Source: Eledone cirrhosa (lineage: Eukaryota). Taken from it: 64,000 nucleotides of DNA. The stretch is taken from NCBI GenBank assembly GCA_964016885.1, contig OZ024745.1:69688001-69752000 (forward strand). The letters are read 5' to 3'. This document shows positions 14,618-25,572 of this stretch, piece by piece. How positions within the stretch are numbered: the stretch's first letter is position 1; the number at the start of each line of letters is the position of its first letter. Position numbers and translations under genes: made by a program. The notes beneath the pieces are model-generated. The model saw only the letters and a program-made list of their open reading frames with translations. It was not told the origin of the DNA and ran no database searches.

Positions 14618-14905
14618 CCTTGTCTGGCTTTCTGGAGAATAGAGGAAAGGTGTTTCCTCAAAAACCAGTATGACTCTAAAAACCGGTTTGTCTGTGTGTT
14701 TACATACAGAATAGCTGGATACTCACAGTAAAGTAACCAGTGAAAGACTTGGTACATCTACATATGTATACGTGTGTGTATTCATATGCATACTAGTATT
14801 TCAGTATGCATATGTAGATGTACATTTTTAACTTAATTGTTTAAGCGTCAGTCATACAAAAGTGAGTTACAAACGAAACGAAATTTGATTTCGTTTCGTT
14901 ATTTG

Positions 14906-14996
<91 letters not shown>

Positions 14997-16824
14997 TTCG
15001 TTTCTGAATTTGTTTAGCAAGATTCTTTATCTGAAATCGTGTGTTGAAACCGATATTGTTATACTTTGGAAGGGTCATGTTGCCAATGAGAAACACACGC
15101 ACCAGTTGCTTTCACTTCAATTTATTATAATAAATTTATAATAAATTTATAAATTTATAAATTTCTGGTTGGTTGGTTGGTTCCACAACCAGATAGTTGT
15201 TTATGTATAGTCATAGTTCTTTCGTCACACACTCTGTGACCTCTTCAGTGACTGGGGATTCCTTTCTTTGTTTCTGTGCCTCTCCTTTGTCCTGTCCTAC
15301 GCCATTTTGTTTCTGTGTGTGTGTTGTGTGCTCAGTCTGTGCATGCGCCACATCCGGGTGTCTGTGTGTATTTATGTTCATTTATTTATTTGTTTATTTA
15401 CATGTTACTGGTTGGTTGTTTGTTCTATGTGTGTGTGTGTGTTTTCATTCTGTCCTTAATTGTAAGTTGTGATGTTGCTGTTCCACTCATATTTTCTATT
15501 TAATTTTGGTTGTAATTCTTTTATGTTTATTGCCTCTGTAATGTGTCTAAACATTGCGTCTTTTCTGTGTGTAGATGCTATTTTTATTTCTATGTTCTCT
15601 AATTTACCCTTGTGTTCTATTTTAGCATGTTGGTAGAGTACAGATGATTCTTTATTATCTTGAAGGTCTCGCTAGTGTTCATTTATCCGTTCCCCTACAC
15701 TACGAGCTGTCTCACCTATGTACACTATATTTTTGTCTCTATATTGTCCTTCAGTACATCTTATGCTATACACTACATTTCTAGTTTTACAGTTAATATG
15801 GGGGCTTATTTTACAGGTTATACATTTCTTATCTATACATGAGGGTCTTTGAAAAGGGTATGTCTTGCTAATAAGTGTTTTTACGGAGGTACCTGGTCTT
15901 TCTACTATCTTAATATTGAGTTTATGTTTATTTAGGGCCCTTCTAAATTTGTAAGCTAATTCACCTCTAGGGGTTGTGTCGGTGAACATTACACTCTGGT
16001 ATTTATTGCTATCATACCATGAGTTTATTCTATTAGCCTTGTTTCTAGTTCTTTCTATTCTATTCCAAAATTTGCTCCTATACAAGGGGCAGGTCCCATT
16101 TATGTCATTATTTACCATTTTTCCCATTTGGTTCTGGCTCCTCTATACACTCTGATGGTCCGAAACGGCCGAGTTTCGGTGGATCAGATGTTTGGAAGTC
16201 ATGGGTTTGGCATAATGGGAATGGAGGATTTGTTTTTTGTTGTTAATGGTATCTAACCAGAGCTCTGTGTCTAGTACAGGTAATCGATGGTTGGGGTGTT
16301 TACTTGGGTAGTCTATAGTAACTCTAATGCTGTGGTGGATGGAGTTTGCTATTTGCTGGATGCTTTCCATTGTGTTTTTCTCTAGTTCCTGACTGTTCTC
16401 TAGTGGGGTTGTCTTAACTACGATGTTTATATCATCTATGTAGCGGGCGTACATTATCAGGGTTAAGGGGTCTTCTAATTGTTCTTTAAGTTTAAGTTTA
16501 AGTCTACTGTCCCACCATACCATGAATAAGTTAGCTATGTCGCCTGCAATGCTAACACCAATAGCTGCTCCTTCCTCTTGGGCATATGTTTTTCCATTAA
16601 ATTACAAGACCAGCAAGAGGCAGACCACCTACCATTACCTCAATGGCCAAGAAAACCCACACAGATAGATGGAACGGGTGGACCAGAGCCATACAGACAC
16701 CCGAAGACCACGATGAACTGAAGAAAATGATTGCACATGCGGTAGGGGCCAGCATAAAACTAACCCTTAAGGAACATATGTTCAAATTTAATGGAAAAAC
16801 ATATGCCCAAGGGGAAGGAGCAGC
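14997..16824 (-). mobile_element. Penelope-like element family B, 5'-truncated with inverted 5' piece (16601-16824, plus strand)
   Basis: ORF 16143-16523 has RT motif YARYIDDI, preceded by GAAIG..IANLFM. ORF 15672-16127 has C..C..C, VVYSIRC..VYIGET (GIY-YIG). The plus-strand ORF from 16643 encodes the upstream RT segment up to YAQGEGAA. Confidence 0.9.
15209..15253 (-). ncRNA. Minimal type I hammerhead in PLE-B 3' UTR
   Basis: AGTCA-CTGAAGA-G-GTCACA gagtg TGTGAC-GAA-AGAACT-A-TGACT. Confidence 0.8.
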
Positions 16825-16862
16825 CATGGCGTCCGACCCTCTCCCGATACTGCCAAACCACC
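16825..16862 (-). mobile_element. Isolated 5' head of SINE family 1
   Basis: CATGGCGTCCGACCCTCTCCCGATACTGCCAAACCACCG matches the first ~40 nt of family 1. Confidence 0.85.
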
Positions 16863-17085
16863 GATGCTGTGATATATATTTCAATGGCGACAGTTACTCC
16901 GTCACTCCTATGTGGAATAAGTACGTTGAGTGCTTGCATTGAATTGTATCAATGTTTACCCTAAGTATATATATATATATATATATATATAAGCAAAAGG
17001 GATATTGAATTTGTTGGTAATTCAACAAATATAAATGTTTAAAACTGATTCAAAGCACTCGACAAGTTTTCTGGAGTATAATATT

Positions 17086-18170
17086 CAATGATATTAAATA
17101 AATGGAAACTATATTTATAAAACCATATTTATTCTATTATATATATTTCAATCTTGACAATCTTTAATTGACATTCTGAAAGTTATCCTCTTTACGATAG
17201 TTCTTCGAAATGCACAATACTTTTTTTTTCTCTTCTTTGATCTTCAAACTTTCACACATCTTTCGACTAAAATAATATATAATTGAAACTCTCATCCTTG
17301 AAAAAATAATCTCACACAAAATAATATATAATTTTCTCTATATATTTTCTGAGTAAATCATTCATCAAATTTAACGGTTAGCAAACAAGATTGGAGTTAC
17401 CTTTTCCTTTTTCTTTTCCTTTTCAATCGAACATAAACATTATAATATGTATAACAAACTATATATCTTCGATAAATTAATAATATTCTGAAAACATTTT
17501 CAATGTTGGAACAAAATATTTGAATCTACAAATTGTTCTCCTCTTACAACTTGAACTACGTGTTTTTTTATGTAAAATGCAGAAGCAGCATCCTTTGTAA
17601 CTCATATTAGAAATGTAAACAATTATTAATCTATATAGATATTTATATACTTACAACATGTTGTAATGTAATAAGATAAAATCTTCTTACAACCATAATT
17701 CATCATATATTCTAATTGATTATATATACAATAATATAACTCATAGTATAGCTAAATAAATTTTAAATTCTGGAATCATATCCCACCATTGCCGCAAATT
17801 GTTAATTCCTTTTAAATTAACATAAATACCATCTCTTCTTACTTTCTTTTTCTTCTTCCTACTTATACATACATCTTAATTATTTAAATCTACATAGCGT
17901 CTCAAAATAACGTTTTTTCAGCCCTACACCTCAACATCTTTTGCATACTCATCTTAATAATTTGAAATATCTGAGTTCTCTTCTCATTTCCGTCACTATC
18001 CAGAAAAACCTTAACCGTTAAGGTATATTTTTCTGATTATGTCAATATTTATAAAACAAACTTTGTATTTTATCTGATGAGGGCGTACCAAAGTTTTAGT
18101 ACCCTTGAAATATATATAATAGAATAAATATGGTTTTATAAATATAGTTTCCATTTATTTAATATCATTG
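17086..18170 (+). mobile_element. Old AT-rich element (family E) with a 66-bp inverted copy of its 3' end and a degenerate HHR at ~18066-18126
   Basis: 17086-17151 is the reverse complement of 18105-18170; CTGATGA-GGGCGTAC..GTACCCTT-GAAA-TATA-TA near the 3' end; stem I pairs poorly. Confidence 0.55.
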
Positions 18171-18927
18171 TATATATATGATTTAGCACTGTAACTTACA
18201 AAGAGCACTCTTCACTCCTATGCCTCTTTCAATTTTCAGCGGAAACTTCAATACTTATATATTTATATATATATATATATATATACACAGTTCAAGAGTA
18301 ACCAATCTTAAAGAGAGAGATGGAGATAGGAGAGGAGATAGGAGAGGAGAGATTTATTGATGAGTTAGTTAGAAGCTAAAGCGTAAAGGCATGTGCTCAA
18401 TGTGCAATATTCAGTGGAAAGCAGATATGTGGCTGGGTTCATGCAGAAGTTAGGCGCGCAGAGCTGGAATTATTCATTAGTTAAGCAAAACAAGACCACA
18501 AATTTCACAAGGAAGACATTATTAAAAGATTGTCAACATATTTTAATTTGATGTAAGGAATGTAGAGAATAATAATAATAATATCATTATAATATTAATA
18601 ATAATAATAATAATAATGCTTTCTTTATTAACCACAAGGGTTTACATAAAGTAGACATTAAGGACAGTACAGGACCATACAGGACGGTACAGATGGGCAT
18701 TTCTGCATGTAAAAAAACAAAAACAGAGGATGTAACAAAAGATAACAATAACAAATTCCCCAATAGGGGGGGGGGGGAGACTTCCGAGGGACATTTGTGG
18801 AGAAAGCCCATTAAAAGGCCATAGTGACAGTGACCACCAGGGCAAGTGCCCTCTCCCAGTTTTCCACCTTTAATTTACAGACACATACTCAGAGTAGGCC
18901 CATTCACTCGGGCCATTCTTGCTTCTC

Positions 18928-21900
18928 TCACCCATCTTTCAAAAAAATGCTGGGAAGAGAGCACTTCCCTCCTACCCTGATTTTCCCTTTCAAATGAAAT
19001 TTGAAAAAGTTAATCAGGGCATCACCGAAGAGGTAAGTGCCCATCTTCAGCCCTTTCAAACGTGTCCACCATACTATCTCTTTCGCCATGGCCACGAGAC
19101 AGATAAAAACTGTCTGCCCTTCCCGGCTAAAGGAAGAGGGCGGGGTAATCCTCACGATGGTCTCAGCTGATAGCTGGATCCGTCCTACACGCGACAGCAG
19201 GTGTTCGACATAAACCCACATGTCAGCAATGCTCGGACACTGGACGAGTGCGTGCAGGACGGTTTCGTCTCCCTGCTCGCATCTCGGACATGCCCGGTAG
19301 AGTTTATCCCGAACTGTCAAAAATCCTCGGTAGCACTGCCAGGCCAGAGATTTCTGGAAGTTGTCCATAGGCCACGGTCCGAAAGTTCTTCCGAAGAGAT
19401 TGGCTAGTTGATTTTCGTCGACGCCTAGAGTTTCTCCAAGTACGTCGTCGCTCTTCCCCTCCACTAATCCTCTATAGAACGCCAAGGTGGAGTTTCGACC
19501 GATGACATTGCCCGATTGGTAGAGGGCTGTAAGCGCCTGAAAACATTTCAGTCTCCAAGCGCTCCCTCTCGGTCTTCGATTGACCCAGGACTGTAGCTCC
19601 GTCAAGGAGACGAGCTGGGGAAAGACGTGTCTATCAAACGGCGACCACACCTGATCACCGTCGAGAAAGAGGTGGAGATGCCGTAGCCTGAGCGCGTGCC
19701 TGCGCATCATCAGTCACGGTATGCTCAGCCCTCCACGTAGCGGGTGTTGACAGCAGATGGACCGCCTGACCATCGGAGCGCGTTCCTTCCACAAAAAGCG
19801 AAAGAGCGAACGCTCCAGCGCAGTCAGGCGGGGCTTAGGACAAGGTACGACGGTCAGGCGGTAGTAGATGACGGACGCGAAGTACGCGTTAGCCACCTCC
19901 GCTCGACCTTTCAGAGATAGCCTCATCTCCGCCCATTTCTGGGTGAGAGAAGCCACCCTGCTCGTCACCTCGTCCCAGTTTTTGTCCGTCTGGAGGTCCG
20001 GACCGAACCAGACCCCTAGCAATTTAACCGGACCGTTCGTCCAGCGCCCGACGACGCTGTGGGACGGCATGGACCTGCCTCTCCAGGTGCCGAGCTGCAG
20101 TCCCACTAACTTTTCCTGGTTGATCATTGCTCCTGTCACCGCTTCGTATTCTCTTAGTGTAGTACCGATCGCCTCGATATGTTTGGCCTTCGACACCACT
20201 ATGGTGACATCGTCCGCATATGCTGACACGGATCTTCCGCATCCTAGTTCGCGCGGGACCCACCTCAACGCCTCCAGTTTGTGCAGTAATGGCTCGAGAG
20301 TAAATACGTACAAGAGGGACGAGAGGGGACATCCTTGGCAGACCGAGTGCATGAAGTTGAACGGATCCGAAAGGTGACCTTTCACTATCACCACAGAGCA
20401 GATGTCGCTGTGGATGGCAGCGATCCAGCCTCTGAAGACAGGCCCAAAGCCAGCGGCCCTCAGGACTGCTGCTAGGTAACGATGGTCGACCCTATCGAAA
20501 GCTTTCGACTGATCTAAATTGATCAAGGACCCACCCGTGACAGGTTCCCTCTCTACGATGTATCGCATGAGGTGGAGGTTGCCGTGGATGGATCTGTCGG
20601 GAATGGCGCATGTCTGCGCCTCTCCCACCAGACCACCAACGACAAGCGCCAACCTCTTTGCTAGTACCTTGGCCAAAATTTTGAACTCTATGTTTAGCAG
20701 AGTTATGGGCCTGAACTTATCTATTTGTCCCCCTTGTTCGGATCCTTTCTCAGCAGCGCCACAGCTCCTTCGCTCACAGAGCTGGGAATTCTCCCGTCCT
20801 GTTGCCAGTTGCAGTAGCCGTCCGCCAAGAGGGCTCCGAACAAGTCTGGCATCTGTACGTAAAGTTCATAGGGCAGACCATCCAAACCAGGCGATTTACC
20901 CTTTGTGCAGCCAGTCATTGTGTACCGTACTTCAGCGGCTGTTATCGGCTATTCGCAACACTCCGCCTCACTGCCCGAGAACCGCGGCAGTCCGTCAAGG
21001 TAGACGCTAAAGTCGATCCCTCGATCCGGCCCGCCGCTGCCCCCGAACAGCTGGGCGAAGTGTCGCTGGAAAGCTTCACACATTTTCCCGGGATCGTCTA
21101 GCATGCGCCCGTCGTGGTCCACCAAAGACCGGATCGTGGCTTTGTTGCCACGACGCGCCTCTGCCACTCGGGCCCATAGAACGGCTTTCGTCCCCTCGTG
21201 TCTGAGAGCACGCACCCTAGCTCTGACAGCGCAGCCTTTGTGCTTTGCATTGAAGAATTGGTCAAGGGCCAATTTCGCCGCAAGTACGTCGGTCGCGTAG
21301 CCTTTGCTAGGCGCCTCGTCTAATGTTCTAACTAGTTCTCCCTCTGCCCTATTTTTCTCTATTGCTAAAGCCTTACTAAACCTAATGGACTCTATTCTAA
21401 TCGCTCTTTTCCGAGCAAACCACCACTTGTTGTTGACGATAGCCCCCGTCAACGCCCGCTTAACTAGTTCGCCAATCCGGTCTCTGTAGGCCTTGCGCGC
21501 TGGTAAGGACGCGTTTAGCTTCCAGTAGCCGGGTCCTCGTCTATGAAGCCTATCTAAGACAAGCACACAGATCACGAATTTGTGGTCCGTGTAACTTACT
21601 ATCTTGAATTGTGGACAGCCTATGCTAGACCTATCTATTTCCCTACAAAATACTCTATCTAGATATGATCTGGATGACCCTATGCGATTTGTCCAAGTCC
21701 ATATTGGCACATTAGGGAAATCCAATCGGTACCTGTCAGACAGTTCAAAACGCCTGAGCAGTTTGGTGAGGCTCTTGCACCCTCCTCCCCTATCCGCTAA
21801 CCCCACACAGTCCCAGCGTGCATCTAAGATCCCGTTCCAGTCGCCCACTAACACTAAAGAGCGGGACGTTCTAAGAAAGGTCTCCAGAAGCCGGAAGAAA

Positions 21901-22262
21901 TCAGGCCGCCCTGCTCCTGTCGGGGTATAGACGGCCACTAGCCTGAAAGCTTTCCAGTCTCCGCTGGTCACGTCCATCACCACCAACTTACCTTCTGTGT
22001 CCAGGAAGATGGACCGTATGGCGAGATCCAAACCTCCCCGAAAAAGCACAGCAACTCCTCCCCCCAATCCAGGACGGCTGGGAGATGCGTACTCATCGTA
22101 GCCGCCGAAGATCGGTGCGAAGGCCCGTGCTTCGGAGATTCTGGTCTCGCTGCTGGCCACTACATCTATGTTTAGAGACCTGAGGTCGTTGAGAAGGTGG
22201 CCCTGCTTCCATGACGACTCCAAGCCACGCTCATTTATGCTGCCTATTCTGAGTGAGGTCAT
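18928..22262 (-). pseudogene. ORF2 (APE endonuclease + reverse transcriptase + Cys-rich C-terminus), frameshifted
   Basis: Fragments 20949-22262 (SINERGL, SSETR, VGDWN, SYLDR, YTDHK, GPGYWKLN), 20721-20918 (KSPGLDGLPYELY), 19714-20676 (LDQSKAFDRV, QGCPLS, AYADD) and 18928-19710 (CPRC..ETVLHALVQC). Confidence 0.93.
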
Positions 22263-22296
22263 GTTGAAATGGAGTGGAAAAGATGGGAAAGACCAC

Positions 22297-24049
22297 TTAC
22301 CTTACTTCTCGTAGAGGAAGGATGGCTTTTCCATCCCTTTTCAATTGATCGTCTGGTGAAGGGACGGTTGAATCGTCCCTTCGGGTGGTCGTCGGCTCTT
22401 CTGTGAGTATATCCGAATATACTCTCCGGTTGAGTGCCCCTCCTAGGTCTCTGAAATCACCAACTGCGTTGGGGAATTTCGTTTTAATGTTTGTGTATTG
22501 CTTCTGTGCTCTTTTTACCAGTCTTATGTTCGTTGGTGTTTTGATTGGTGCTGGTATTATGTAGTCGTGCTGTGAAATGTCTGTGTTCAATTATGTACGT
22601 CATTAGTTTCTTGGTGTGTGTATTTATTGCTGTGCATTTGCTTTTCTGGGGGTGGGGTGTGGTTCTGCTATTTTCTTGTCGTTGTTGCAGGGTGTGTGTG
22701 TTTTGTTGTTGTGTTTGCGATGTTGGTACTTGCGGTGGTGGTGTTGAAGGTGTTGTTGTTGTTTGCGGTGGGGTTGCCACCGGTGGTGATGCTGGTGCTA
22801 GTGTGGATGGTGATGGTGTTGGTGGTGTTGCTGCTGTAAGTCTCTTTGCAGTAGCCTTTAGCCTTTTTTCATTTCTTCCCTCCCTTTACGAAGGCGACGA
22901 TGCGCTGCTTCTGCGTTTGTGCCTTCTTGTGACCTTTTGCCATCCCTCTCCCACCTCACACTCTATGTCCGATTCTGTGAGGTCGGGGAGGGGTACCAGC
23001 TCCACTCTTTCACTTGTTGTTGTTGGTGATGTTTGCACTGGAGTCTCTGTTGCAACTGCAGTTGGTATTGCTGTTTTTGTTGTTAATACTTCCACTGCTG
23101 CTGCTGTTCTTGATTTCCGTGGCGTCGGTATGGGTGTCACGGACCTATCCTTCCTGGTTGCCGCCTGTCCTGTTGCTGGTAGCAGTGGAGCCGGTTTCGG
23201 AAGGAGGGGGATTTTCCCCTTTCTCAGGGTCTTCTCATTGCACAAGGCCCTGAGGTGAGTCTTCGATCGTCAGCGAAAGCATTTCGGGCGTTTGCCCTCA
23301 ACACTTATGGGCAGTTGAGTGCCGTTATCGAACTCTATCACATTCGGAATAGCTTCGATGAACTCCTGGTTGGTTTCGATTAACATCTCAATGGAGGTGC
23401 CAACCCAACATTCTCGTACTTTTTTCTGTACTTGCAGTACAGTTGTTTTGTCCTCGATTCCAACGAGGACAGACGCGGCCAGCCAATAAGGGACCATACC
23501 GGGGGGAGGGGGGGGGTCAGTTTAACCCTCACAATTGTTTGTCCGCATTAGGAGGGCACCAACACCATTTCCTCGCCCCTTAGGATCACTAAGGATTGAG
23601 CCTTTGCCTCCTGGGGTGTGGCAAAAAAGCACGCCCACGGTGGCATATTTCTTGCCTCGGGTGATATGCGTTTTCCGCTGCCACACAGACCCTAAGGCTT
23701 TTTGTATTTGAGACTCTGTGGCTCTTTCAACCATACGGGATTTTGTGCTTACTATACGGTACGTGAGCGTACAGTGCTGTTGGGTTTCGAAATATTTTTC
23801 GGCTGCCTTGCAGATTGCTCGGTGTCCGGTTTTTGTCACCATCTTCTTTGCTTCCTGTAATTCCTCATTTGTTATAAGGATGCTTTCCAGGTTCTTTGCC
23901 ATACCTGCAAACGAGATGTGGGTTTTCTTTCTTGCTGTTGTTGTTGTTGTCGTCAGAGCTGCTGTTACTTTTGTTGTTGCTGCTGGTACTACGACTGCCG
24001 CCGCCGCTGTTGCTGTGGTTGTTGTTGTTGTTGCTGCTGCTGCTGTTGT

Positions 24050-24080
<31 letters not shown>

Positions 24081-24362
24081 TATGCTGCTGCTGATGCTGT
24101 TGCGGCTGCTACTATTGTTTTCCTTGTCACTGTTGCTGCTTCTGCTGTTATTACGGCTGCTACAGCTATTATTCATGACGTCAGACGAATGAAATGGCTT
24201 TCCATATTTACCGCACACATTTTTCGTCGCTCTCGTCGTCGTGGAAAAATGTTCCACGGTATGCACGTGCTCTTGGAATCTACCAGAAACTATATTTTTC
24301 TTATTCTTTAATGGCGTCGCTTGCGAAAGAGGCGACCCACATTTAGAGAAGGGGGGGGGCAA
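22297..24362 (-). pseudogene. ORF1 (gag-like, zinc knuckle), fragmented
   Basis: ISVEGKRPKCFR*RSKTHLRALC is a CX2CX4HX4C knuckle with the second Cys mutated to TGA (~23240-23290); low-complexity T/Q/S/N-rich flanks; lies immediately upstream of ORF2. Confidence 0.7.
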
Positions 24363-24660
24363 TCTTCGCTCTGATGTAGTGACGATTGAGGAAGAAGAAG
24401 ACGGAATGAGTGGAAGTGACTTGTGAAAATTCTTTTATGTAGCCATGTATTTTTTGGTTTAAAATGAATATTGGGCGCAAAACCCAAATAAGCGCTTATT
24501 TAACCCCGAAGGGCCAAATAACGGGCAGAAAGACCCCCCTCACGAGGAGGAGGGTGTTTTTATCTACAATTTGGTTAAAGTTTTAAACAATTTACATTTG
24601 TTATAGCGGTTAAAAATTACAATACCTTACAGAGTCGAGTCTCCGTCAACCATGGCATTC

Positions 24661-24710
<50 letters not shown>

Positions 24711-24731
24711 TAATAATAATAATAATAAGTC

Positions 24732-24873
24732 TTTCTACTTTAGGCACAAGGCCAGCAATTACCCAGTACATTAATGGTACTTTATTTTATCGACCCCGTA
24801 AGGATGAAAGGTAAAGTTAACTTCGACGAGATTTGAGCTCAGACCATAAAGGGACGTAACTATGCTAGAAAGC

Positions 24874-24875
<2 letters not shown>
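24732..24875 (-). mobile_element. SINE family 1 lacking its 5' head
   Basis: Matches family 1 up to ..AGAAAGCAT, then stops. Confidence 0.88.
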
Positions 24876-24906
<31 letters not shown>

Positions 24907-25007
24907 TTCTCTACATTCCTTACATCAAACTAAAATATTGTGACAATCTTTTAATAATGTCTTCCTTGTGAAATGTGTGGTCTTGTTTTGCTTAAGTAAT
25001 GAATAAG

Positions 25008-25032
<25 letters not shown>

Positions 25033-25038
<6 letters not shown>

Positions 25039-25501
25039 ATAGAGGTATAACACACGAGTTGTGATATATTGGTAAAATGAAAAGAAAATGCTAACAAATT
25101 TTTCACAGTGAAATATAGTTTAATTAGAAATAAGTAAAAATTAGTAATAAGTATTGGTTAGTATTCAGTTTTAGTTTTAAGTTTTTACCTGTTGCGCATT
25201 TCTAATGCTTTTCAAAAATAATTTTGAGATATAGCGCCCGTGATGTTTGCTCTAATCTGATTAGTTTTGGAAATTTTAGCTGTTTTATGTGAAAAAGTTT
25301 TGCGCCAATTTTAGCTGTTTTATGTGAATAAGTTTTGCGCCAATTCGTGTTGCAAAGATTCTTGTGGTCAAAACAATTTTGATTGGTCGGTAGAGGTCAT
25401 CTGAATGTTAAAAATTGATTTTGCGCCAAATGTAGGTTTGTCGAAGAGTGTCCTTTTTCACCTGATTGAGAAGTCACTGAAAAATAAGTCTTTTAAGACA
25501 A

Positions 25502-25572
<71 letters not shown>

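Larger units (their letters stand above)
13525..14911. mobile_element. 466-bp tandem HHR-containing unit (retrozyme-like), two ~1.5-mer arms head-to-head
   Basis: Period of 466 in both arms (13525/13991 and 14221/14687); minus arm 13525-14222, plus arm 14221-14911; almost identical copies; no ORF; both outer ends run into (TA)n. Confidence 0.9.
18618..24660 (-). mobile_element. Full-length (~6.0 kb) decayed L1/Tx1-clade non-LTR retrotransposon inserted in (ATT)n
   Basis: ORF1 relic plus APE-RT ORF2; AATAAA near the 3' end; (AAT)n tracts directly abut both ends (~18568-18617 and 24661-24728). Confidence 0.92.

Noticed and set aside
13525-14911. Repeats as a CRISPR array or satellite
   Set aside because: No repeat-spacer pattern, eukaryotic context, and only ~1.5 units per arm.
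23268-23275. In-frame TGA at a zinc-knuckle Cys as possible selenocysteine
   Set aside because: The element has many other stops and frameshifts and no SECIS was seen; ordinary decay is simpler.
22545-24311. Plus-strand hydrophobic ORFs of 237 and 197 aa
   Set aside because: Antisense shadows of the low-complexity LINE ORF1.
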